In this document: positions 35,984 to 44,084 of the stretch, in pieces
Position numbering within the stretch: the first letter of the stretch is position 1
Layout: every line of letters begins with the position of its first letter
Assembly: GCA_026390585.1 (NCBI GenBank)
Contig: JAPLFP010000358.1
Location: 17,659-81,658, forward strand
Length of the DNA stretch: 64,000 nt
Direction of reading: 5' to 3'
DNA from: Ignavibacteriales bacterium
GTDB lineage: Bacteria; Bacteroidota; Ignavibacteria; UBA10030
The notes under the pieces: generated by a model
What the model was told of the DNA's origin: nothing
The model's database searches: none
What the model saw: only the letters and a program-made list of their open reading frames with translations
Position numbers and translations under genes: made by a program

Positions 35984-37189
35984 ATGAGCACTGTTCTTTC
36001 AACCGCCTCGGCGCAGACAAATTCGGCGCTTGCTCGGGAACTTTTTGACAAGTACGAGAACTTCAAAATGTCCGCTATCACCTCTCGCCGTTTTTCCCAG
36101 GCGGACATGCTCAAATGGCTCGATCCGCTGCGAGACCAAAAACTCTTTACCATGACACCGGTTGGAAGGTCAGCCGAAGGGCGAACCATTTCCATGCTGA
36201 AAACGGGAGCTGGAAAAACCACCGTCTTTCTCTGGTCGCAGATGCATGGTGATGAATCGACAGCGACGATGGCGTTGATGGATATGCTGAAGTTCTTTTC
36301 GCAGGAACCCGACCACATCGTCACGCAATCGATTCTGGATAAGCTCAACCTTCTGATCATCCCTATGCTGAATCCGGATGGTGCTGAACAATGCCAGCGG
36401 CGCACCGCACAATCGATCGACATGAACCGGGATGCACTGGCGCTTCGAACACCGGAAGCCCGAATTCTGAAGGAAACCCGCGACACCTACCGGCCGCACT
36501 TTGGGTTCAACCTGCATGACCAGGATTCAAGATACTCGGTCGGCGAAACACGAAATGTCAGTGCGATCGCGCTCCTTGCTCCGGCCTTCGATGAATCGCG
36601 CGCGGACAACAATGTCCGCAAACCTGCCAAGAAAGTGGCGGCGACCCTTGCGTCCATACTTCATGAGTTCATCCCAAATAATGTTTCCAAGTACGATGAT
36701 GCATTTGAGCCACGCGCATTTGGTGATAACATCCAAAAATGGGGAACGAGCACGGTGTTGATCGAATCCGGAGGATGGCCTGGGGACCGGGAAAAAATGT
36801 TTATCCGGAAGCTCAACTGCGTGGCGCTCTTGACCACGCTTCACAACATTGCAGTGGACCAGTGCGAACATGCCGATGTGAACGAGTATGAACACCTCCC
36901 GTTCAACACAAAATATCTCTACGATATTATTCTGCGGAACGCACAGTTGAAGGCAAGCGATACGGTTCCCTCGGTTACGGTGGATGTTGGCATCAATATT
37001 GACGAAGAGTTCAATTCGCGGACGAGGAAAATCGAATCCATCGCAAAGGTTGTCGATATCGGTGACCTTCGTACGTATGGCGCCCTTCGCGATGTTGATG
37101 TGCGTGGGGCGCTTGTTGACGGGACTGAAATCAAAATGGACCAGCGAATCGCTATGGAAAAAGTGGATTCGATTTTGAAAAAGAAATGA
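35984..37189 (+). CDS. M14 family zinc carboxypeptidase
   Basis: 401 aa. Zinc-ligand motif SQMHGDEST (HxxE), then PMLNPDGAE. See the finding on the in-frame TAG at 35972..35974 in an apparent signal peptide. Confidence 0.8.
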   Translation: MSTVLSTASAQTNSALARELFDKYENFKMSAITSRRFSQADMLKWLDPLRDQKLFTMTPVGRSAEGRTISMLKTGAGKTTVFLWSQMHGDESTATMALMDMLKFFSQEPDHIVTQSILDKLNLLIIPMLNPDGAEQCQRRTAQSIDMNRDALALRTPEARILKETRDTYRPHFGFNLHDQDSRYSVGETRNVSAIALLAPAFDESRADNNVRKPAKKVAATLASILHEFIPNNVSKYDDAFEPRAFGDNIQKWGTSTVLIESGGWPGDREKMFIRKLNCVALLTTLHNIAVDQCEHADVNEYEHLPFNTKYLYDIILRNAQLKASDTVPSVTVDVGINIDEEFNSRTRKIESIAKVVDIGDLRTYGALRDVDVRGALVDGTEIKMDQRIAMEKVDSILKKK

Positions 37190-37317
37190 CTCTGCGTGTG
37201 CATTCGCGTGAGTCTTGCACGCGGAAAGAGTTTTTGCTAAGTTGATGTAGATTCATCCACAGACCGCATCTCCTTCCGGTGGCAAGGAGGGGATTGCCTG
37301 CCGAAAGCCTTCGAGTC

Positions 37318-37340
37318 GGAACTCCAGGTGAAGCTTTCGT
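37318..37340 (+). promoter_or_regulatory. candidate ECF-type promoter (GGAAC-N15-CGT) upstream of the second ECF sigma gene
   Basis: ggaac (37318..37322), 15 nt, cgtg (37338..37341), about 80 nt upstream of ATG 37421. Pattern match only. Confidence 0.25.
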
Positions 37341-37420
37341 GTTCCAACAGCAGGTCGCCTCTCTCTTCGTGTGTGACAGCCGGGTGATGATTTCAGTATG
37401 GTGAAGAGTAAAGGCGATCG

Positions 37421-38014
37421 ATGGCTTCACTGAAACAGCCAGTCGTTTCTCGCGGAACGAAAAAGAGGCACACGGAATTTGAGGCGGAAGCATTGCCTCA
37501 CATGGATGTGCTATACAACTTCGCACTGCGGACCGCGGGTAACGAAGATGACGCACGAGATCTTTTGCAGGAAACGTATCTCAAGGCATACCGCTTCTGG
37601 GATAAGTATGAGAAGGGAACGAATATTCGTGCGTGGTTGTTCAGGATAATGAAGAATTCGTATATCAACCGATACCGGAAAGAAACAAAAGAACCGGACA
37701 AGGTTGACTACGACGACATCGAGAACTTCTACAATTCAATCCGCGCTCAGTCGACTGATCCCAACGATCTCCAGCAACAGCTGTACGGAAATCTACTTGG
37801 TGATGAGGTAACGAAGGCGCTTCAGAGCCTTCCGGACGATTTTCGAACTGTTGTTATTCTGTGTGATATTGAAGGGCTGACGTACGAGGAGATCGCGGAA
37901 TTCATCGAGTGCCCTATTGGTACCGTTCGATCACGATTGCATCGAGGACGGAAACTGCTGCAGGAGACGCTATATGAGTATGCAAGGCAGCAGGGGATCA
38001 TTAAAGGCGACTAG
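37421..38014 (+). CDS. ECF-type RNA polymerase sigma-70 factor
   Basis: Region 2 (DARDLLQETYLKAYRFW) and region 4 (LTYEEIAEFIECPIGTVRSRLHRGR). Confidence 0.85.
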   Translation: MASLKQPVVSRGTKKRHTEFEAEALPHMDVLYNFALRTAGNEDDARDLLQETYLKAYRFWDKYEKGTNIRAWLFRIMKNSYINRYRKETKEPDKVDYDDIENFYNSIRAQSTDPNDLQQQLYGNLLGDEVTKALQSLPDDFRTVVILCDIEGLTYEEIAEFIECPIGTVRSRLHRGRKLLQETLYEYARQQGIIKGD

Positions 38015-38060
38015 GGAGGATAACAGAGTTCATTGTTATCCAGTTTTTTGAGGTGCTCCT

Positions 38061-38915
38061 GTGGACTGTAACAGCGTCCAGCAGCATGCTGGCAGTGCGA
38101 TTGATGGATTTCTTGCGAAAGATGTAGAAAACGAGTTTCAAGCTCACCTTGAGCGGTGCCGACCTTGCCGCCAAGAGGTTGCGCTGGAGAAACTGTCGAA
38201 ACAGTTGGTCCGGCGCTACGTTTCGTTGATCCCCACACCTCGAAGTATTCAAACTCTCATTCTCTCCGCCCTGCATCAGGAGTATAACGTCGCCGGATCA
38301 CCGGATGATTCCTGGATAACGAGGGTCAGCCGGTTCCGTGTTCTTATTCCAGCATTGGCAGGTGGAGCTGTAGCCGCTGCATTCTTCCTCATGGTCGGTA
38401 CTCCGAGCGATCGGGCATTACGCATGTCCGCGCACACCGCAGAAAACGACATCATCCGCCAGTCCTTCGAAACCTTCGCCCTCTTGAAGTCCGGTCAACT
38501 TGTTCCGTCAATGGTCTCGTCAGTACCCGAAAGTGTGGGCGGTTTTTTTCAGAGAAGCTCTCTGCAATTCGGAGTTCAAATTCCGAACATCCGCGGGTCC
38601 GACTGGTGTGGCGGTACTGCTTCTGACAACAAGGGTGTGCAGCAGGCGCACCTGCTCTACAAACTGGGTGATGAATGGTTGTACGTCTGCGAAATGAGCG
38701 ACGATGACGCCATAAGCGGAACCCAGCTCTCTCTTCCACCGGCTGCGAAGATCGCACTCACCAGATCAGGATGGTACACTGATCCGATGCACCCGAACTG
38801 CAACGTGGTAGCCTGGAAAAAGGACGAGGTGGTGTGTGTTGCGGTTTCGACGATGGAAAAAGAACGACTTCTTGCCCTCTTGAGCCCCCCGACAAATCTT
38901 CCCAGACAATTTTAA
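38061..38915 (+). CDS. anti-sigma factor (zf-HC2) with single TM helix and uncharacterised extracytoplasmic domain
   Basis: GTG start 46 nt after the sigma gene. HLERCRPCRQEV motif. TM helix VLIPALAGGAVAAAFFLMVG. Confidence 0.65.
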   Translation: MDCNSVQQHAGSAIDGFLAKDVENEFQAHLERCRPCRQEVALEKLSKQLVRRYVSLIPTPRSIQTLILSALHQEYNVAGSPDDSWITRVSRFRVLIPALAGGAVAAAFFLMVGTPSDRALRMSAHTAENDIIRQSFETFALLKSGQLVPSMVSSVPESVGGFFQRSSLQFGVQIPNIRGSDWCGGTASDNKGVQQAHLLYKLGDEWLYVCEMSDDDAISGTQLSLPPAAKIALTRSGWYTDPMHPNCNVVAWKKDEVVCVAVSTMEKERLLALLSPPTNLPRQF

Positions 38916-38924
38916 CGCTTCTCT

Positions 38925-39635
38925 CTACATTCCAATCGTAAGCCGGTCAGCGAGGGCCCGGGGTAATCCGGCGTCCCTGATTTTCTTTGCAGCAGTCTTG
39001 AAATCGTACTCCACGCGCAGATTTTGATATTTCCACTGTTCTCTGTCGAATATTCCAAAGCTGAGATCTGGATTTCCATCGCGCGGTTGACCGACACTTC
39101 CTACATTCACAAGAAACCGTCCCTGGCGTGCAATCTCGTCGCTCTCTCCCTGTTCCGAAAAGATAATCGGGATGTGAGAGTGCCCAACGAAACAGATTTT
39201 TTCGGTGAACGCTTCGAATGCTTCGCGCATATCAAATTCGCTGATGACATAATGCCACTCGTGTGGTTCGTACGGTGACCCGTGAGAGAGCAACACCTCG
39301 TCCAAAGGGTGAGTCGGCCTCAAACCGCGGAGAAATGTTTTGCTCTCTTCGTCAAGGGTGCTAAACGTCCAGATCGCAGAGAGTTGTGCATTCAGCGTGA
39401 ATTGATTTGCCACGGCAAGGTCAATCGAGGCGGCGTCATGATTGCCGAGAAGAATGATCGAACATCGGGAACGGACAAGCTTAAGGCATTCGACAGGGTT
39501 TGCTCCGTATCCTACGGTGTCACCGAGGCATACAATGTCATCTACACGTTCCTCGTCGATGACCTCGAATGCCCGGGTGAGAGCTTCGAGGTTTCCATGG
39601 ATGTCGGATATGATGGCGAAACGCTTTGGTTTCAT
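38925..39635 (-). CDS. metallophosphoesterase family protein (YfcE-like)
   Basis: Calcineurin-like motifs ISDIHGN, GDTVGYG, GNHD, VGHSH, GSVGQPRDG. Confidence 0.85.
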   Translation of the reverse strand: MKPKRFAIISDIHGNLEALTRAFEVIDEERVDDIVCLGDTVGYGANPVECLKLVRSRCSIILLGNHDAASIDLAVANQFTLNAQLSAIWTFSTLDEESKTFLRGLRPTHPLDEVLLSHGSPYEPHEWHYVISEFDMREAFEAFTEKICFVGHSHIPIIFSEQGESDEIARQGRFLVNVGSVGQPRDGNPDLSFGIFDREQWKYQNLRVEYDFKTAAKKIRDAGLPRALADRLTIGM

Positions 39636-39797
39636 ACGTGGTTTAACGCAAAATCCTCATGCTCCAGTTCCCGGGCGCACTACAAAAAGGTAGGCAAAAA
39701 GAACTGGAAACCCAAGAGTTGAAGAAAAGCCGTCGTCCAAAGTGCATTTCTGCCGCCGCAAGAAAGCGGAGCGAGGCACAACCGTCGCGCAGAACAG

Positions 39798-41312
39798 TCA
39801 CTTCAAGAGAATGAGCTTCTGAAAGAGAGTGTTGTTCCCAACGCGTAACCGGGCAATGTATACTCCGCTGGATGCGGATGATGCATTGAAGAGCACCGCG
39901 TGCGTTCCTGCTGGCATACGTTCATCGACGAGCGACACAAGTTTCCTCCCGAGCATGTCAAAAACCTCGAGATTGACAAACGAGGAAGATGGAATATCAA
40001 ATGAAAGCGCCGTGATGTAATTGAATGGATTCGGATAATTCGCGAAGAGTTTGACGACACTCGGGGGTGAATAGCTCGATAAGCGTCGTTGAGCAAAGAG
40101 GGAGCTTGTACGGGAAAGCAGGCCACAGAGCGGGTCGCTCGAAGGACAGAAGAACTGATATCCGTCGGGGTTCACCTGGCCCGCGTACGCAAGCTGCCAG
40201 AAAAGAAGTCCCGATGTGTTTTCAGAGAACGCTGTGCTGCTCACGGCGTCAAAGAACGGGGCGCGTTGCTTGCGAATCCCCACTTCACCAATGAGAAGAG
40301 GTTTCTGTTGCCCAAACGCCATTCGTTGATGGTCCTGAATCCAGTCGGACACCGCGCCGGGTACAAAACCCCAATCTTCAGGATAGAAATGGACACTTGC
40401 TACGTCGATGGCATCCAGCTGGATATTCTTGAGATATGAAATGCCTGCACTTCCATTGAACATCCACTGTTGAGCAGCGAAGAGCGCTGTGGTATATGGC
40501 GTTCGCTGCACGTCGTGCCCTTCCTCTCCCGTCCCAACACAATGCGCTCTATCAATCTGTTTTACGAAGGTGGCCATTTCCTGAATCCAGCCGGCGATGA
40601 GATTGCCGGATGGGTCTGAGGATCGCGGCTCATTTGCGAGCTCCCAAAGCATGATTGCAGGTTCGTTCTTGTAGGCGCGGCCAGTATAGACGTTGAAGCG
40701 ATTGAGAAGCATCGAGACGTAGTTCTTGTACCACTGCTTGATTGTCGCATTCCGATAAAAGTCGTCGTGTGTGTAGAATGACGTTGGTTGCACGAGATAC
40801 GAACGCCCCCCGACACTCGTTATTGTTGGGGATGACACCATATTCTCAGTTTGCAGAAATCTTTTCGCCAGCGAGCCGCTGTCAAGCCATCGGACGTATT
40901 GATTCATTCCGCCATAGTAATCCCAGTTGTCTACAAATGTCAGAACAAGGCGTAGCGAATACTCTTTTGCTTTCGCGATAACATAGTCGAGAGCGCGCAG
41001 GGCGCTCTCATTGTAACGCCCCGGAGCGAACTGCATGATTGCGGAATTCGTGGAGTCCGTCCCGTCGTTGAACGCCCATGTGCGGATTGCGGTGAAACCG
41101 AGTTCTCGTGCAGCTCTGAGCACTTCCACAAGATGTACGGTGTCCCCCTGAACGGCAAGGTCGTGAAGGTAGTAGCAATTTGCCCCAACAGCGTAAAACG
41201 GTTTACCTGTCAATGTCAGAAGCGCTCCATCCCTCTGAACAAAGGATGAGTCTTGCGCGATGGTTATGGCGATTGGGAATAAGAGGGAAAAGAAGAGCAG
41301 TGCAAGTTTCAT
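39798..41312 (-). CDS. glycoside hydrolase family 5 enzyme (mannanase/cellulase-like) with T9SS type-A C-terminal sorting domain
   Basis: Start at ATG 41312 (MKLALLFFSLLFPIAITIAQ). Acid/base motif WELANEP; candidate nucleophile LLIGEVG. C-terminal NYPNPFNYITALSFDIP...VFDMLGRKL...GVYIARLRVGNNTLFQKLILLK is a Por secretion tail. Confidence 0.8.
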   Translation of the reverse strand: MKLALLFFSLLFPIAITIAQDSSFVQRDGALLTLTGKPFYAVGANCYYLHDLAVQGDTVHLVEVLRAARELGFTAIRTWAFNDGTDSTNSAIMQFAPGRYNESALRALDYVIAKAKEYSLRLVLTFVDNWDYYGGMNQYVRWLDSGSLAKRFLQTENMVSSPTITSVGGRSYLVQPTSFYTHDDFYRNATIKQWYKNYVSMLLNRFNVYTGRAYKNEPAIMLWELANEPRSSDPSGNLIAGWIQEMATFVKQIDRAHCVGTGEEGHDVQRTPYTTALFAAQQWMFNGSAGISYLKNIQLDAIDVASVHFYPEDWGFVPGAVSDWIQDHQRMAFGQQKPLLIGEVGIRKQRAPFFDAVSSTAFSENTSGLLFWQLAYAGQVNPDGYQFFCPSSDPLCGLLSRTSSLFAQRRLSSYSPPSVVKLFANYPNPFNYITALSFDIPSSSFVNLEVFDMLGRKLVSLVDERMPAGTHAVLFNASSASSGVYIARLRVGNNTLFQKLILLK

Positions 41313-41450
41313 GGCACCACCATTGTACGAAAAACGCGTCCCCGGCAAAAGCAAAAAACCGATGGGGGGGGTAAAGGTTTGGCAATTTTGATTTCCTCCG
41401 GAATCTGCTACATTACTATGCGAAGAATATCTTCGTCAATACAAGAAATC

Positions 41451-42674
41451 ATGGGGATGACAATGTACACTGAAATTGTTGAAGCAGAAGGCCACCTGGT
41501 TGACTCACAGATCCTCTCAAAGATCTTCGATCGCGTGATTGAATGTGGCGCGGAATTCGAGGTCGTTGCATTCGACCTTGGGCGGACAAATCAGGATTTC
41601 TCCCATTTGCAGCTTCGGGTGACAGCTCAAACCTCGCAGGTTCTCGCCAGGACGCTTGAGGAACTCGTCGAACTTGGCTGCTACCAGACCGCGGTTGCCA
41701 ATGCCCTTTTGCGTCCCGCCGAGGCTGACTGTGTGGTGCCCGACGATTTCTATTCTACGACGAATCATCGAACGTTTGTGCGCAATGGAGGCTCGTGGCT
41801 GGAGGTTGCTTGCCAGCGTATGGATGCTGTCATTGTGATTGAAGGTGGACGTGCGGAATGCCGCAAGCTGCGCGATGTTCGGCGGGGTGATCTGATCGTT
41901 TGCGGCGTTCACGGCGTTCGCATTCAGCCGGAGTTCAAAGAACGAGATCGCCTCGGCTTTGCCTTCATGGCAAACGATATCTCGTCCGAACGGCGTACGG
42001 AGACAGCCGTCCAGAAAATTGCGGAGCTGATGCAAAAGACAAAAGCCGACGGGGGTCGCATTGTATTTGTGGCCGGTCCGGTCGTGATACATACCGGTGG
42101 TGGAGCAGCATTTTGTGATTTAGTTCGTCATGGGTACGTCGATGCACTTTTGTCGGGCAATGCGCTTGCTGTTCACGATATCGAGCACGCTCTCTATGGA
42201 ACCTCTCTTGGCGTCGATATGGAACGCGGAGTGCCGATTGAAGAAGGCCACAAGAACCACATGCGCGCCATCAACGCTATCAACCGCAATGGGTCCATCC
42301 GGAAGGCCGTTGAAGCCGGAGTACTGCGTTCCGGGGTGATGTACGAGTGCGTCCGCCGCGGAGTGCCCTATGTGCTCGCCGGTTCAATCCGAGACGATGG
42401 TCCACTGCCAGACACGATGATGGACCTGATCAAAGCACAAGCTGCGTATGCTGAACAGCTCGCCGATGCAACGATGGTCATCTGTCTCTCATCGATGTTG
42501 CATTCGATTGGTGTCGGAAATATGTTACCTTCCTGGGTGAGAGTGGTGTGCGTCGACATCAACCCGGCAGTCGTGACGAAGCTGTCGGACCGCGGGTCAC
42601 AACAAACAATCGGCATCGTGACTGATGTCGGTGGATTTCTCGGGCTGCTGGCAGAGCGTCTGCATCGAGGGTAA
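41451..42674 (+). CDS. TIGR00300 / LOR-SDH conserved-domain family protein
   Basis: Start near ATG 41451-41463 (MGMTMYTEIVEAEGHLVDSQILSKIFDRVIECGAEFEVVAFDLGRT), a characteristic opening for this family. Related to the C-terminal domain of cyanobacterial ArgZ. Confidence 0.65.
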   Translation: MGMTMYTEIVEAEGHLVDSQILSKIFDRVIECGAEFEVVAFDLGRTNQDFSHLQLRVTAQTSQVLARTLEELVELGCYQTAVANALLRPAEADCVVPDDFYSTTNHRTFVRNGGSWLEVACQRMDAVIVIEGGRAECRKLRDVRRGDLIVCGVHGVRIQPEFKERDRLGFAFMANDISSERRTETAVQKIAELMQKTKADGGRIVFVAGPVVIHTGGGAAFCDLVRHGYVDALLSGNALAVHDIEHALYGTSLGVDMERGVPIEEGHKNHMRAINAINRNGSIRKAVEAGVLRSGVMYECVRRGVPYVLAGSIRDDGPLPDTMMDLIKAQAAYAEQLADATMVICLSSMLHSIGVGNMLPSWVRVVCVDINPAVVTKLSDRGSQQTIGIVTDVGGFLGLLAERLHRG

Positions 42675-42761
42675 GAAGGTGGTCGAAACCGCACGGGGCG
42701 CCCACTGCTGAGCGCCCCGGTTCTTTCTGTGCCTCCTGGATCCCCGGCCTGAAGGCCGGGG

Positions 42762-44084
42762 CTACTTGGCACCGAGCTGTCGATACTTCTCCTGGTACTT
42801 CTCGTACAGCTGTTTGTGCTTGTCGCTCAGATCAATTTTCTTGCCTTGAATAAACATCCGCTCCGTGATGGTTGGCGGCTGAAGCGGATCGCCGTTAGTG
42901 ACAATCAGCGTTGCGTCCTTCCCGACCTCCAGTGATCCGACTTTGTCCGCGATGCCCAGGACTTGTGCGGCATACAGCGTCACCGATTTGAGAGCATCAT
43001 CGAGAGGTAATCCATACGCGGCAGCGTTGGCAGCATGGAATGCTGTGTTTCGGGCATTCGAAGCATCGCCATCACCGGCAATGCAGAATCGTATGCCGGC
43101 CTGCTTGAGCCGCATCGGAAGAGAGAATACTTCATTGTACCCCTGCCATTGCCGCATGGGGGCCGACTGAACGTCGGTGACGATCACCGGAATGTCCTTT
43201 GCCTTCAGCTGGTCTTTGACAAAAATTGCATCTCGACCTCCGACGATGACAAGTTTCACACCTTCCTGTTCAGCCCACGTGATCGCCCCCTGAATCTGGC
43301 TGAGCTCGTTTGCCTGAACGAAGACGGGGATGCGTCCTTCCAGAACGGGGATCATGGCGTTCCAGCGGGGATCCGTGTCATGGTATTGCACCCCTTTTTG
43401 CTGCTCGGCCTTTTTTGCCGTCATATACGCCCGGGCGCCGGAGAACGTCTCGTGGAGTGCCTTCAGTTGCTCATCGCGCTGCTTCTGCCATTCCTCCTTT
43501 GTCACGCGAACGAATCGTGATGGGGTGTAAACCATCGATGGCCAATTGATGATGAGTCCGAGACCGTTCTTCAACGTAAGATCTTCCCACGTCCAACCAT
43601 CAAGCATCAAAGCCGCAGCGAGACCGGAAATCAATCCGCCTGAGGGAGCCGTGTTAACAATCACGACTCCTTGAGAGCGGGCAACAGGGATCAATTCGCT
43701 TTCCGGGTTGACGGCGACCTCTGCTTTGACGTTTGGGTTGATCGAACCGGTTTCAGCAAGATCAACTGTTCCACGAACAGATCCGATTTCCGTTAGGCCG
43801 ATGTGATCGTATGAATCAATGATACCGGGATAAACGTGCTTCCCGGTCACATCGATACGCTCGGCGTCCGCGGGAATCGTCACGCTTGCACCCAAAGCGA
43901 TGATCTTTCCTTTGTCGAATACAATGGTAGCGTTCTGAAGCACTTCGCCGCTGACAGTGTGAATTGTACCGCCGACAAGAGCGATTGGCTTCTTCTGTTT
44001 TGCCGCAGGAACTGCATCAGCAGCGAGAGCGCATGCAACCGACAAGAGAAGGCTGGCGACCAGGAGAATGTTAGTTCGTTTCAT
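42762..44084 (-). CDS. secreted amidohydrolase-family protein with altered metal motif
   Basis: Signal peptide MKRTNILLVASLLLSVACALAA. Amidohydrolase N-terminal pattern VYPGIIDSYDHIG (HxH replaced by YxH). 14-nt overlap with the upstream gene. Confidence 0.75.
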   Translation of the reverse strand: MKRTNILLVASLLLSVACALAADAVPAAKQKKPIALVGGTIHTVSGEVLQNATIVFDKGKIIALGASVTIPADAERIDVTGKHVYPGIIDSYDHIGLTEIGSVRGTVDLAETGSINPNVKAEVAVNPESELIPVARSQGVVIVNTAPSGGLISGLAAALMLDGWTWEDLTLKNGLGLIINWPSMVYTPSRFVRVTKEEWQKQRDEQLKALHETFSGARAYMTAKKAEQQKGVQYHDTDPRWNAMIPVLEGRIPVFVQANELSQIQGAITWAEQEGVKLVIVGGRDAIFVKDQLKAKDIPVIVTDVQSAPMRQWQGYNEVFSLPMRLKQAGIRFCIAGDGDASNARNTAFHAANAAAYGLPLDDALKSVTLYAAQVLGIADKVGSLEVGKDATLIVTNGDPLQPPTITERMFIQGKKIDLSDKHKQLYEKYQEKYRQLGAK

